Source: Coriobacteriaceae bacterium
Lineage (GTDB): Bacteria; Bacillota; Clostridia; Oscillospirales; CAG-272
Assembly (NCBI GenBank): GCA_963617165.1
Contig: CAVEOF010000001.1
Location: forward strand, 3,006-67,005
DNA length: 64,000 nt
Direction of reading: 5' to 3'
Numbering within the stretch: position 1 is the stretch's first letter; each line of letters opens with the position of its first letter. Below are positions 30,166-43,772 of this stretch, piece after piece. The notes under the pieces were generated by a model. That model saw only the letters and a program-made list of their open reading frames with translations. It ran no database searches and had not been told where the DNA came from. The position numbers were made by a program, and so were the translations under genes.

Positions 30166-31305
30166 TCAGGATCTCTTTCCGAAAAGTCCCGCAAAGAAGG
30201 ATCTCGCCTTATTTCTCTTTTTCTTCGCCTTGACACGGCGGCGCCAGTCGGCAAAGCGGACCTTCAGCCCGCGCGCCTCCCGTTTCAGATACTGGGGATA
30301 GGTATACATCGAGACGTTCGCCGCGAAGTCGCAGGCCTCCTTCGAGAAGAAGCCGCTCTCGTCGAGCTCCGTCCAGCCGAAGCCCTCCGCATAGGTATCG
30401 TGAAGCAGCGTCCAGAAGAAGAGCTTCGCATCGATCCAAAGGAGATTATAGACCTTGAAGCAGATGCTGACCGACAGGTTGATAAAGGAGGCGGAAAGGG
30501 GCAGATAGAGCCCGTGGTGAACAAGGAATTCCTTCACCGCCATATAGACGGCGGGCACCTGCTCGTAATTCTTGCGGAACATGCGGGCACGCACCTGCTT
30601 CGGATAGACGCGGTGATGAAGAAGGACACCCTCGCACTTCCCGACGCGCTCGGCGAGCGAGAGGGCGGTTAGGGTGAAATACACGTCCTCGAAGATCTTC
30701 GCGTCCTCGAGGAAGGACAACTCCTTTTCGGTCACGAAATCGCGGCGGAAGAGCTTGTTCCAGACATACCCTTCCGTCGACTGGAAGATGGTATCGGGAA
30801 ATTCGTTCTTCCCCGTGACGCGCCCGTTCGCGAGAATGTCGGCGTGCTCACTCGGAATGCTGCGCTTGAAGCGTGCGGTGCGGTTTTCGAAAAGGTCGTA
30901 CTCACAGACGGCGATATCGAGAGATTTTTCCTTCGCGGTGCGATAGAGCGTCTCGAGCATCGTCGGCTCGAAAAAGTCGTCGGCGTCGAGGAAGGAAAGG
31001 TACTCGCCGCGGGCGCGGCGCATCCCGTTGTTTCTCGCCTTCGCGGGTCCCGCATTGGTCTCGGTGACGATGCGGATGCGCGGATCCTTTTTCTGATACT
31101 CTTTTAGGATCGCGAGGGAGCGGTCGGTCGAGCCGTCGTCGATGCAGATGATCTCGATGTCGCGAAGCGTCTGTGCGATCACGCTGTCGAGGGCGGGACG
31201 CAGATAGTCCGAGGCATTGTAAATGGGCATGACGACAGAGACCGAGAGGGGCTCGGTCTCACGCGGGATATTCTCTTCCAACGGATTTCTATCTTGATCG
31301 CTCAT
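30166..31305 (-). CDS. family 2 glycosyltransferase with an uncharacterised C-terminal half
   Basis: SVSVVMPIYNASDYLRPALDSVIAQT...IICIDDGSTD...FLDADDF are GT2 motifs. I prefer the start at ATG 31303-31305 (AGAAGGA 6 nt upstream), with ATG 31311 as an alternative. Confidence 0.8.
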   Translation of the reverse strand: MSDQDRNPLEENIPRETEPLSVSVVMPIYNASDYLRPALDSVIAQTLRDIEIICIDDGSTDRSLAILKEYQKKDPRIRIVTETNAGPAKARNNGMRRARGEYLSFLDADDFFEPTMLETLYRTAKEKSLDIAVCEYDLFENRTARFKRSIPSEHADILANGRVTGKNEFPDTIFQSTEGYVWNKLFRRDFVTEKELSFLEDAKIFEDVYFTLTALSLAERVGKCEGVLLHHRVYPKQVRARMFRKNYEQVPAVYMAVKEFLVHHGLYLPLSASFINLSVSICFKVYNLLWIDAKLFFWTLLHDTYAEGFGWTELDESGFFSKEACDFAANVSMYTYPQYLKREARGLKVRFADWRRRVKAKKKRNKARSFFAGLFGKRS

Positions 31306-31378
31306 CGTCATTCCTTCTTCCGCCGATACGAAGGTGGCGGAAAATGCAAAGTCGGGTTTCTCTTTTTTCTTTTTCTCT

Positions 31379-31407
31379 ATTCTAACACAAACAGAAAAAA
31401 ATGTCAA
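31379..31407 (-). promoter_or_regulatory. candidate sigma-A promoter of the GT2 gene (TTGACA-17-TAGAAT, TGn extended -10)
   Basis: Reverse complement of 31371-31410 reads cagTTGACAtttttttctgtttgTGtTAGAATagag. Confidence 0.6.
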
Positions 31408-31595
31408 CTGTTTCTTTCATTCTCTTTTTTCTCCGCCCGAGCGATCGACACGGAGCCTCTTTTCCTCGCGGAAGGCCGTTCGGGCTCTCCGATCTTTCCG
31501 CGCCCGAAAAACGACAGGGGCACCCCTCCCGCAAGGGTAACGTCAAAGGCGTGTCAAATCGTAGGTTCCGTTTATTTTGAAAAGAAACGTTTACA

Positions 31596-31632
31596 AAACC
31601 GCCCCTTCGCGGAATTCTGCGAAGGGGCGGCA
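31596..31632 (-). terminator. intrinsic terminator after rpoC
   Basis: mRNA strand reads GCCGCCCCTTCGC-agaattcc-GCGAAGGGGCGGTTTTGT. Confidence 0.75.
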
Positions 31633-31636
31633 TTCT

Positions 31637-35245
<3,609 letters not shown>

Positions 35246-35306
35246 ATACTTAATACCCTGTTCCGCCGAGGGTCACTCGGCGGAGCGGCTCTTCCCTTCT
35301 TTACTA

Positions 35307-38300
35307 TTATTCGTCGTCGTAGGAATCTTCTTCGTTTTCGTTATCGGCAAAGTCCTCGTCGAAGTCGTAATCGTCCTCGTCCTCGCCTTCGCCTTCCGCA
35401 TCGTCCTCGAAATCCTCGTCCTCGTCGGCGACGTCGTCGAAGTCCGCGGGTGCGTCCTCCGTCTTTTCGTCGGCGCGACGCTCGACCTCATCGAGGCTTG
35501 CGAACGCGGGTGCGTCGTCCTCGCCGATCTCGGAAACGGCGATCTCCTCACCGTTCTTATCGAGTACGGTAATGTCGAGGCAGAGTGCCTGAAGCTCCTT
35601 GACGAGCACCTTGAAGGACTCGGGAATTCCGGGCTTCGGAATGTTCTGACCCTTGACGATCGCCTCGTAGGTTCTCGTACGTCCGGTAACGTCGTCCGAC
35701 TTCACCGTCAGGATCTCCTGAAGGGTGTAGGCGGCGCCGTATGCCTCGAGTGCCCAGACCTCCATCTCGCCGAAGCGCTGACCTCCGAACTGGGCTTTAC
35801 CGCCGAGAGGCTGCTGTGTGACGAGGGAGTACGGACCGATCGAACGGGCGTGGATCTTATCGTCGACAAGGTGGTGCAGCTTGAGGTAATACATGATACC
35901 CACGGTGACGGGGTTGTCGAAGGCATCTCCCGTTCTGCCGTCGTAAAGGGTGACCTTGCCGTCGATGACCTTCAAGGTCTCGGTCTTCATGAGGTTGTGA
36001 AGCTTCTCGTCGTCGTCGACGATCGTCTGATCGACACGCTGAAGATCGGGAGTGCCGTCCTCGCGAAGGACCTCCATAAAGACTGCCTTACCGCGCACGC
36101 TCTCGTCGGGACGGATGTCACGCGTATACTTCGCACGGCGGAGAAGCTCGAGGATGTCGGTCTCCTTCGCACCGTCGAAGACGGGCGTCATGATCTTGAT
36201 GCCGAGCTTCTTGCACGCGATGCCGAGGTGGACCTCAAGCACCTGACCGATGTTCATACGGGAAGGAACGCCCAGCGGGTTCAGAACGATATCGAGGGGG
36301 GTGCCGTCCGCAAGGAAGGGCATATCCTCGGGTGGAAGGATTCTCGAAACAACGCCCTTGTTACCGTGGCGGCCCGCCATCTTATCGCCGACGGAGATCT
36401 TTCTCTTCTGCGCGATATAGACGTGCACCACTTTATTGACACCGGGAGCGAGGTCGTCCGAGTTGCTTCTGTCGTAGATCTTGACGTCGACGACGATACC
36501 GTACTCACCGTGACGCATACGGAGGGAGGAATCCTTGACCTCACGCGCCTTCTCACCGAAGATGGCGCGAAGCAGTCTCTCCTCGGGGGTGAGCTCCGTC
36601 TCGCCCTTCGGCGTGACCTTACCGACAAGGATGTCGCCCGCACGAACCTCGGTACCGATGCGGATGATACCGTCGGAATCCAGATCCTTTAGGGCGTCCT
36701 CGCCGACGTTCGGCACCTCGCGGGTGATCTCCTGCGAGCCGAGCTTGGTATCTCTCGCCTCGATCGTATACTCTTCGATGTGGATCGAGGTGTACATGTC
36801 CTCGCGCACGAGACGTTCGTTCAGAAGAACGGCGTCCTCGTAGTTGTAGCCCTCCCACGTCATAAAGCCGATCAAAGCGTTTTTGCCGAGAGAGACCTCG
36901 CCGTTCGAGGTCGCGGGACCGTCGGCAATGACCTGACCCGCCTCGACACGCGCGCCCTCGTTCACGATGGGACGCTGGTTCACGCAGGTGCCTTGGTTCG
37001 AACGCTTGAATTTAATGAGATGATAGGTATCTTTTCTTCCCGAATCGGTGAGGATCACGATCTCGGAGCCTGCGGCACGCTCAACGATACCGCCCTCCTT
37101 CGCGACCACGACGGCACCCGAATCGACCGCCGCCTTGTATTCCATACCCGTCGCGACGATCGCGGAGTCGGTCATCATCAGCGGCACTGCCTGCTTCTGC
37201 ATGTTCGAGCCCATCAGCGCACGGGTGTTGTCGTCGTTTTCAAGGAAGGGAATGCAACCCGCGGCGACCGAGACCGCCATCTGCGGGCAGGCATCCATGA
37301 GGTCGACGCTCGTCGGCTCCACCTCGATGAACTCCGCCTTGCATCTCGCGATAACCTTCTTATTGATAAAGTAGCCGTTCTCGTCGATATGCTCGTTCGC
37401 CTGTGCGACGATGTTGTTGTCCTCTTCGTCCGCGGTGAGATAGACGACCTCGTCGGTCACTCTTCCCGTCTTCTTGTCGACGATGCGGAAGGGTGCCTTC
37501 AAAAAGCCGTAATCGCTGATCTTCGCATAGGAGGCGAGATAGGAGATCAGACCGATGTTCGGTCCTTCGGGGGTCTCGACGGGGCAGATACGTCCGTAGT
37601 GCGTATAGTGCACGTCACGCACCTCGAAGGAGGCGCGGTCACGGGACAGACCGCCGGGGCCGAGGGCGGAGAGACGGCGCTTATGCGTCAGCTCCGCAAG
37701 GGGGTTGTTCTGATCCATGAACTGGGAGAGGGGCGAAGAACCGAAGAACTCGCGGATCGCCGTGGCGACGGGGCGGGTGTTGATGAGGTTCTCGGGGCGC
37801 ATGTCGTCGGTATCGTGGACGGACATTCTCTCCTTAATATTCTTATCCATGCGCGCCATACCGATGCGGAACTGGTTCTGGAGCAGCTCACCGACGCAGC
37901 GGAGACGACGGTTGCCGAGATGGTCGATGTCGTCGGTCGTGCCGATGCCGTGGGAGAGTCCGATCAGGTAGTTGACGGAGGCAAAGATGTCTTCCTTCGT
38001 GATATGTTTCGGCTGAAGGAGAGCGATCTGCTCCTTCGCACACTTCTTGATGAAATAGGTACGGGCATCGCCGGTCTGTCCTTCTTCATCCGCCTTCGCG
38101 ATGATGTCGCGCAGAACGGAAAGGCGGACCTTCTCACCCGGCTTTACACCGGCATCCTCGAGGTCGAAGCCGAGAAGCAGCTCGGGACGACCCGTGCCGT
38201 TGCCGAACACCTTCACGGTGTTGCCGAGCTCGTCCTTCACAAAGATCTCTTCGGCAAGGCTGTCGTCGATCTTCGCGGCAAGCTCCTGCGTGACGACGGC

Positions 38301-39257
38301 GCCCTCCTCCGCGACGATCTCACCCGTGACGGGGTTCACGACGGGGGTGGCAAGGGCAAAGCCGACGACGCGGGCGCCGATGGCGAGCTTCTTATTGTAT
38401 TTATAGCGTCCGACGGCGGCGAGGTCATACCGCTTCGGATCGAAGAAGAGGTTATTGACCAGCATTTCCGCACTCTCGACGAGCGGGGGCTCGCCGGGAC
38501 GGAGCTTCTTGTAGATCTCCTTCAGCGCTTCGTCGCGGAAGGAGGTATCGTTCTCCATCGCGAGGGTGGCGCACTCATCCTTCGCGAAGGTGGTGACGAG
38601 CATATCCTCTTCCCCGAACATGCGGAGGATCGCCTCGTCCGAATCCTCGCCGACGGGGCAGAGGGCGCGGATCAGGACGGTGACGGGGATCTTTCTCGTC
38701 TTATCGATCTTGACGAAGAAGACGCCCGAGGTGTCCGTCTCGTATTCGAGCCACGCGCCGCGGTAAGGAATGACGGTAGCCGTATAGATGTGCTTACCCT
38801 GCTTGTCAACCTCGGTGCCGTAGTAGACGCCGGGAGAACGAACGAGCTGCGAAACGATGACGCGCTCCGCGCCGTTGATGACGAACGTACCGTTCTCGGT
38901 CATGAGGGGGAAGTCGCCCATGTAGATCTGCGCGGTCTTGAGCTCGCCCGTCGAACGGTTGATGAGTCTGACGCCCACCTTCATGTGGGAGTCATAAGTC
39001 ACCGAACGATCCTTGCACTCCTCGACGGAGTAACGAGGATTCGGGTCGAGGGTATAGTCGGTGAACTCGATGGCGAGGTTGCCCGTGTAGTCCACGATGG
39101 GGGACACGTCGTGCAAGACCTCCTCGAGTCCTTCCTTCAAGAACCACTCGTAGGACTTCTTCTGCACCTCGATCAGATTTGGCATTTCCGTCGCTACTTC
39201 AATCTTGGAAAAGCTCATTCTCACATTCGTGCCAAGCTGCCTGGGTTTAAGCATCAT
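35307..39257 (-). CDS. rpoB: DNA-directed RNA polymerase subunit beta, with an acidic C-terminal tail of about 65 aa
   Basis: About 1316 aa with ...[14 protein letters not shown]... and [25 protein letters not shown] prefer the start at ATG 39255-39257 (GGAG about 10 nt upstream). The track ORF starts at GTG 39269. Confidence 0.95.
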   Translation of the reverse strand: MMLKPRQLGTNVRMSFSKIEVATEMPNLIEVQKKSYEWFLKEGLEEVLHDVSPIVDYTGNLAIEFTDYTLDPNPRYSVEECKDRSVTYDSHMKVGVRLINRSTGELKTAQIYMGDFPLMTENGTFVINGAERVIVSQLVRSPGVYYGTEVDKQGKHIYTATVIPYRGAWLEYETDTSGVFFVKIDKTRKIPVTVLIRALCPVGEDSDEAILRMFGEEDMLVTTFAKDECATLAMENDTSFRDEALKEIYKKLRPGEPPLVESAEMLVNNLFFDPKRYDLAAVGRYKYNKKLAIGARVVGFALATPVVNPVTGEIVAEEGAVVTQELAAKIDDSLAEEIFVKDELGNTVKVFGNGTGRPELLLGFDLEDAGVKPGEKVRLSVLRDIIAKADEEGQTGDARTYFIKKCAKEQIALLQPKHITKEDIFASVNYLIGLSHGIGTTDDIDHLGNRRLRCVGELLQNQFRIGMARMDKNIKERMSVHDTDDMRPENLINTRPVATAIREFFGSSPLSQFMDQNNPLAELTHKRRLSALGPGGLSRDRASFEVRDVHYTHYGRICPVETPEGPNIGLISYLASYAKISDYGFLKAPFRIVDKKTGRVTDEVVYLTADEEDNNIVAQANEHIDENGYFINKKVIARCKAEFIEVEPTSVDLMDACPQMAVSVAAGCIPFLENDDNTRALMGSNMQKQAVPLMMTDSAIVATGMEYKAAVDSGAVVVAKEGGIVERAAGSEIVILTDSGRKDTYHLIKFKRSNQGTCVNQRPIVNEGARVEAGQVIADGPATSNGEVSLGKNALIGFMTWEGYNYEDAVLLNERLVREDMYTSIHIEEYTIEARDTKLGSQEITREVPNVGEDALKDLDSDGIIRIGTEVRAGDILVGKVTPKGETELTPEERLLRAIFGEKAREVKDSSLRMRHGEYGIVVDVKIYDRSNSDDLAPGVNKVVHVYIAQKRKISVGDKMAGRHGNKGVVSRILPPEDMPFLADGTPLDIVLNPLGVPSRMNIGQVLEVHLGIACKKLGIKIMTPVFDGAKETDILELLRRAKYTRDIRPDESVRGKAVFMEVLREDGTPDLQRVDQTIVDDDEKLHNLMKTETLKVIDGKVTLYDGRTGDAFDNPVTVGIMYYLKLHHLVDDKIHARSIGPYSLVTQQPLGGKAQFGGQRFGEMEVWALEAYGAAYTLQEILTVKSDDVTGRTRTYEAIVKGQNIPKPGIPESFKVLVKELQALCLDITVLDKNGEEIAVSEIGEDDAPAFASLDEVERRADEKTEDAPADFDDVADEDEDFEDDAEGEGEDEDDYDFDEDFADNENEEDSYDDE

Positions 39258-39435
39258 AGATAGAATCACTCCATTCTAAAATTTACAAACTACCATAGAT
39301 CGCCGCACTGCCCGTGCGCGGGCACTGCCGTCAAATATCGGTCGGTTCTGTGCGGAATCTGACGTTTTTCGGGGAGAAGACCCTAAAAAAGGGCAAAATA
39401 TCCCCATAGTATAAGCGATTATAATGCATTATAGT

Positions 39436-39463
39436 ATTATATCACAATTTTTCTATTTGTCAA
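39436..39463 (-). promoter_or_regulatory. candidate sigma-A promoter of rpoBC (TTGACA-16-TATAAT with TGn)
   Basis: Reverse complement of 39421-39465 reads tcTTGACAaatagaaaaattgTGaTATAATactataatg. The leader to rpoB is about 170 nt. Confidence 0.65.
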
Positions 39464-39590
39464 GAGGATTTGTAAATTTTTTCCGAAAAAATGAAAAATT
39501 TCTTTCCCCGCCGCGCATCCGAGAGAAAGAAACGGGCTGTTTTTCCGAAGGATCGCCGCCTTTCGGGCAGAGATCGGAGCGATCTCCGAC

Positions 39591-39642
39591 AAAAAAGAAG
39601 CGGGAGCGTCTTCGCCATCACCGGCGAATTCTGCTTCCGCTT
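39591..39642 (-). terminator. intrinsic terminator after the double-RadC gene
   Basis: mRNA strand reads AAGCGGAAGC...GCTCCCGCTT followed by CTTTTTTGTC. Confidence 0.6.
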
Positions 39643-39675
39643 TTCTCGTTTTTTATGATTTTTGCAAAGAATCAT

Positions 39676-41064
39676 TTACAAATTTGCGTTATTTTCATTG
39701 ATCTCGGTCGAGGCGGCGAAGCGATACTCGCTCTTCCCTGTCGTCAGTGCCTCCTCGCCGACGCGTCCGAATCTGTCGCCCGCGACGACGTAGTGCTCGC
39801 GCAGGCGAATGCCGACGGAGGCGAAGGCGCTCTGCATCACGGTCGTCAGAGCGATATCCTCGGGCGAGGGCTTCGGGTACCCGTTCGGATGGTTGTGCGC
39901 GAGGAGGACCGAGGCGGCGTTCCGCCTGACGGCAAGGTCGACAAGGCGCCGCGGCGTGATGCTCGACGAATTGACCGAGCCGCGCGAGACACACTCTGCC
40001 GAAAGGACACGTCCCGCACCGTCAAAGAGAAGAAGGTACACGTTCTCCTCGGAGAGGGGTGCGAAGAGTGCCGAAAGGTAGTCGGTGATCTGCCGCTCGG
40101 TGACGACGCTCCCCATCGGGAAGCGGTCGGTATGGCGGCGCGAGGTGAGTGCGGCGACGAGCTTTAAGGCGACGGCGTCCTTTTCGGACATCCCGTAGGT
40201 CGCCGTCAGCTCTTCGACGGGAAGGGTGAGGAGGGCGCGAAGGCTCCCGCCGTCGCAAAGCATCCGAGAGGCACACCCCGCGGCGTCGGCAACGTCGGGA
40301 AGAACGGACAAAAGGCGCGTGAGCGTCTCCTCGTCCCGCGTCCCTCCCGGTGTGGGCGCGGACTCGCCGATCAGGAGCTCCCGCCCGCTGCCCGCGGCAT
40401 CCTTCGAGGAAAAAGCGATGCACTTATCACCCGAGAGAATATAGTGCTCGAGCAAAGGGATCGAGGAGACGGCGAGCGCCTCACCGACGAGATGCCCGCG
40501 TACGTAATCGTTTTCGGAAGGATAGAGCGGTCCGTACGGATGGGTATGCGCCAGGATCACGGCGGATGCGTGCCGCTCGATGGCGAGAGAGGCAAAGTGT
40601 CGGACGTCCGCGTACCCTCTGCCGAAATCCTCGTCGGCGATCACGTCGGTCGCGATCCTGCAAAGGCGGTTGTCGAGGGAGATCATCACGGTGCGGTAAG
40701 TATGGGCGTTCCCGAGCAGGGAGCGAAGATAGTCCTCCGCACGACGGTAGGTAAGCTCCTCCCGCCCCGCTTCCTCGGCGGGAAAGAAGATCTCCTCCCC
40801 CGCGGCGAAGATCTCGGAGAGAAAATGCGCCGCCCGCTCCCCGATGCCGGGCGCGGTGGCAAGCGCCGTCTCCTCTGCGCCCGCGATCCCGTCAAGGGTG
40901 CCGAAGCGCGCGAGAAGCTCGTGCGCGATCGGGTTGGTATCACGATAGGGAATGACGGTGTACAAAAGCATTTCAAGAAGCTCATGCGTATCGAAAATGT
41001 CGGCGCCGTGTAAAGCAAACTTTGCTTTCATGCGTTTTCTGTGACCGATATGCACGCTTGTCAT
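39676..41064 (-). CDS. fused tandem RadC-like protein (two HhH + JAB/MPN modules)
   Basis: 462 aa. Module 1 has GHRKRMKAKF...HELLEMLLY...ELLARFGTL... plus HTHPYGPLYPSEND. Module 2 has ...LLAHNHPNGYPKPSPED. Both keep HxHx7Sx2D. The SD GGGGAGGGGG lies 8 nt upstream of the ATG. Confidence 0.75.
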   Translation of the reverse strand: MTSVHIGHRKRMKAKFALHGADIFDTHELLEMLLYTVIPYRDTNPIAHELLARFGTLDGIAGAEETALATAPGIGERAAHFLSEIFAAGEEIFFPAEEAGREELTYRRAEDYLRSLLGNAHTYRTVMISLDNRLCRIATDVIADEDFGRGYADVRHFASLAIERHASAVILAHTHPYGPLYPSENDYVRGHLVGEALAVSSIPLLEHYILSGDKCIAFSSKDAAGSGRELLIGESAPTPGGTRDEETLTRLLSVLPDVADAAGCASRMLCDGGSLRALLTLPVEELTATYGMSEKDAVALKLVAALTSRRHTDRFPMGSVVTERQITDYLSALFAPLSEENVYLLLFDGAGRVLSAECVSRGSVNSSSITPRRLVDLAVRRNAASVLLAHNHPNGYPKPSPEDIALTTVMQSAFASVGIRLREHYVVAGDRFGRVGEEALTTGKSEYRFAASTEINENNANL

Positions 41065-41106
41065 GCAAAGACCCCCTCCCCTCTTTTCTTCGTTTTCGGT
41101 TTGTTT

Positions 41107-41856
41107 TTACGATTTTTGCTCCGCGTCTGCGGTGTCTTTTTCCGACGTGTCTTCTTCGGAGGCGTCGGATGCTTTCCTTTCTTCTTCATAGTGGGGGACG
41201 TAGCCCTCGGGCTTTTTCACCTCGAGCATACAGATGGGCACCCCCTTTTCGGTAAAGGCGCGCTCATATTCGGTCATGACGTTGCCCTCCGCATACGCCG
41301 ACGCGTGAAGGTCACGGGTGACGACGGCAGGCGTGAGCCCGAGCGCCGCGATCTCCCCGAGAGAAAACTCGAAGAGAGGAACGTTGTCGGTCTTGAAGCG
41401 CAGGATCCCCCCGTCGCGAAGCAGGGTGAAATACATCGCGAGATAGCGCCGATAGGTCAGACGGCGCTTGCGATACCCCTTTTTGTGCCACGGGTCGGAA
41501 AAATTCAGATACATGCGGGAGACGGCACCGGGTGCAAACCACAGCGGGAGGCTGTCCGCCCCGTCGATCAGAAAGCGGAGATTGTCGGGGCGCTCCGCCG
41601 CCCTTGCCTTCGCCTGCTCGGCGGCGAGGACAACGCAGTCGGAGATGCGCTCCATCGCGAAAAACAGCGCGTCGGGGTTCCGTCTCGCCGTCTCGCAGGC
41701 GAAGCCGCCCTTCCCCGCGCCGACCTCGAGAAAGATCTCTCCCTCTCTCCCGAAGACCTCACGCGCGGAAGCGATCGGCTGTTCGGGGCGCGAAAGCAGA
41801 AGCTCCGCGCACGCCTCGAGACGGGCGGCGCCGTTCTTTTTTCTTCTCATTCTCAT
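41107..41856 (-). CDS. trmB: tRNA (guanine-N7)-methyltransferase with an acidic C-terminal tail
   Basis: ...FLEVGAGKGGFACETARRNPD...YLNFSDPWHKKGYRKRRL... are TrmB motifs. ATG 41854-41856 overlaps the prfC stop (ATGA). Confidence 0.85.
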   Translation of the reverse strand: MRMRRKKNGAARLEACAELLLSRPEQPIASAREVFGREGEIFLEVGAGKGGFACETARRNPDALFFAMERISDCVVLAAEQAKARAAERPDNLRFLIDGADSLPLWFAPGAVSRMYLNFSDPWHKKGYRKRRLTYRRYLAMYFTLLRDGGILRFKTDNVPLFEFSLGEIAALGLTPAVVTRDLHASAYAEGNVMTEYERAFTEKGVPICMLEVKKPEGYVPHYEEERKASDASEEDTSEKDTADAEQKS

Positions 41857-43466
41857 CGGCGGTACCTCTCGGCTTCCCCGCGGGCGAATTCGGTCAGCTC
41901 GAGCCCCGGGTTGTCCTCCAGCACCCAGCGGATCGTCCACTCGGTCGGGAAGATCAGAAGGTTGTTGCCGCGGAAGTCCTGCACCCACTTGGTGTCGTGG
42001 GAAAGCTTCAGCGTCTTGGGGTCGAGATCGGGATTCGCGATATAGCGGATCTCCCGATAGGGGAGGTCGGAGCGACGGAGGTCACAGCCGTACTCGTTTT
42101 TGAGTCGGTATTCGAGCACCTCGAATTGCAGGACGCCGACCACGCCGACAATGACGCGCTCGAGTCCCGCGTTCGGCTCGGTGAAGATCTGAATGGCGCC
42201 CTCCTGGGCGATCTGCATCATGCCCTTGGCAAACTGCTTACGCTTCATGGAATCGACCTGCTCGACCATGGCGAAGTGCTCGGGCGCGAAGACGGGGATG
42301 CCCTCAAAGCAGAATTTCTTCCCCTTCTCGCACACGGTGTCACCGATGGAAAACACACCGGGGTCGAACACGCCGATGATGTCGCCGGCGTACGCCTCGT
42401 CGATGACCTCGCGCTCCGCCGCCATCATCTGCTGGGGCTGAGACAGGCGGAAGCTCTTGTTCCCCTGTACGTGATAATATTCCTTCGACCGATCGAATCT
42501 GCCCGAGCAGATGCGCATAAAAGCGATGCGGTCGCGGTGCGCCTTGTTCATGTTCGCCTGGATCTTGAAGACGAAGGCGGAGAAGGCGTCGTCGAAGGGA
42601 TCGATCACGACGTCCCCCGCACGGCGGGCGAGGGGCGCGGTCGTCATTTTCAGAAAGTGCTCGAGGAAGGGCTCTACGCCGAAGTTGTTGAGCGCGGAGC
42701 CGAAGAAGACGGGCGAGAGCTTCCCGTGCCGCACCTTCTCGATGTCGAAGTCGAAGGAGGCGCCGTCGAGGAGCTCGACCTGCTCGCAAAGCTCGGTGCG
42801 GCTCTTCTCCCCGATCAGAGAATCGAGCGTCGCCGTATCGGAAATGTCACAGTCGACGCCGTGGATCTTCTCGCGTCCTCTGTGCGAGTCCGAGAAGAAG
42901 AGGATGGAGCGCGCCTCGCGGTCGTAAACGCCCTTGAAGCCCTGTCCGCAACCAATGGGCCAGTTCATCGGATAGGTGCCGATGCCGAATTCGTGCTCGA
43001 GCTCGTCGAGGAGGTCGAAGGGGTCGCGCGCTTCTCTGTCCATTTTATTGATAAAAGTAAAGATCGGAATATCCCGCATGGCGCAGACCTTGAAAAGCTT
43101 ACGCGTCTGCGGCTCGATGCCCTTCGCGGCGTCGATGACCATGACGGCGCTGTCCGCCGCCATCAGCGTGCGATAGGTATCCTCCGAAAAGTCCTGGTGT
43201 CCCGGGGTGTCGAGGATGTTGATGCAATAGCCCTCGTATCCGAATTGCAGCACCGAGGAGGTGATGGAGATCCCTCTCTGCTTTTCGAGGTCCATCCAGT
43301 CGGAGACGGCGTGCTTGTCCGACTGCTTCCCCTTGACCGAGCCCGCGGTCTGGATGGCGCCGCCGTAAAGAAGAAACTTCTCCGTCAGTGTGGTCTTACC
43401 CGCGTCGGGGTGTGAAATGATGGCGAAGGTACGCCGTCTTTCGATCTCTGTTCTCAAATCCTGCAT
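41853..43466 (-). CDS. prfC: peptide chain release factor 3
   Basis: RRTFAIISHPDAGKTTLTEKFLLYGGAIQTAGSVKG... with the start at ATG 43464-43466. The longer track ORF is rejected. Confidence 0.9.
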   Translation of the reverse strand: MQDLRTEIERRRTFAIISHPDAGKTTLTEKFLLYGGAIQTAGSVKGKQSDKHAVSDWMDLEKQRGISITSSVLQFGYEGYCINILDTPGHQDFSEDTYRTLMAADSAVMVIDAAKGIEPQTRKLFKVCAMRDIPIFTFINKMDREARDPFDLLDELEHEFGIGTYPMNWPIGCGQGFKGVYDREARSILFFSDSHRGREKIHGVDCDISDTATLDSLIGEKSRTELCEQVELLDGASFDFDIEKVRHGKLSPVFFGSALNNFGVEPFLEHFLKMTTAPLARRAGDVVIDPFDDAFSAFVFKIQANMNKAHRDRIAFMRICSGRFDRSKEYYHVQGNKSFRLSQPQQMMAAEREVIDEAYAGDIIGVFDPGVFSIGDTVCEKGKKFCFEGIPVFAPEHFAMVEQVDSMKRKQFAKGMMQIAQEGAIQIFTEPNAGLERVIVGVVGVLQFEVLEYRLKNEYGCDLRRSDLPYREIRYIANPDLDPKTLKLSHDTKWVQDFRGNNLLIFPTEWTIRWVLEDNPGLELTEFARGEAERYRR

Positions 43467-43515
43467 GGCTTTTCCCCTGTATTCTCCGATCCGTAAATTC
43501 TCGCATATGAGAGTC

Positions 43516-43544
43516 AGTATAGCATATTTTTTAGATTTTTTCAA
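43516..43544 (-). promoter_or_regulatory. candidate promoter of prfC-trmB-radC2 (TTGAAA-17-TATACT)
   Basis: Reverse complement reads cggTTGAAAaaatctaaaaaatatgcTATACTgac. Confidence 0.55.
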
Positions 43545-43682
43545 CCGTTTTTTCACATTTTTCCGAGATTTTTCCCATAAAAACGAAAGATCTTCCCCCT
43601 GCGGGGGCGGAATGCGCGCCCGCTTGTGCGAATTGCACAAAGTTTTGCCCGTTTTTTCTACATGCCGCGCGGGAGACAATTC

Positions 43683-43712
43683 TTGACTTTTCGGGGGGCG
43701 GGGTGGTATAAT
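43683..43712 (+). promoter_or_regulatory. candidate promoter of the surface-protein operon (TTGACT-18-TATAAT with TGn)
   Basis: tcTTGACTtttcggggggcggggTGgTATAATataac, followed by an AT-rich leader of about 60 nt. Confidence 0.55.
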
Positions 43713-43772
43713 ATAACTACCGATTTATATGTATAAATATAAATAAGTAAATTATAATTTTCAGGAGGCTTT

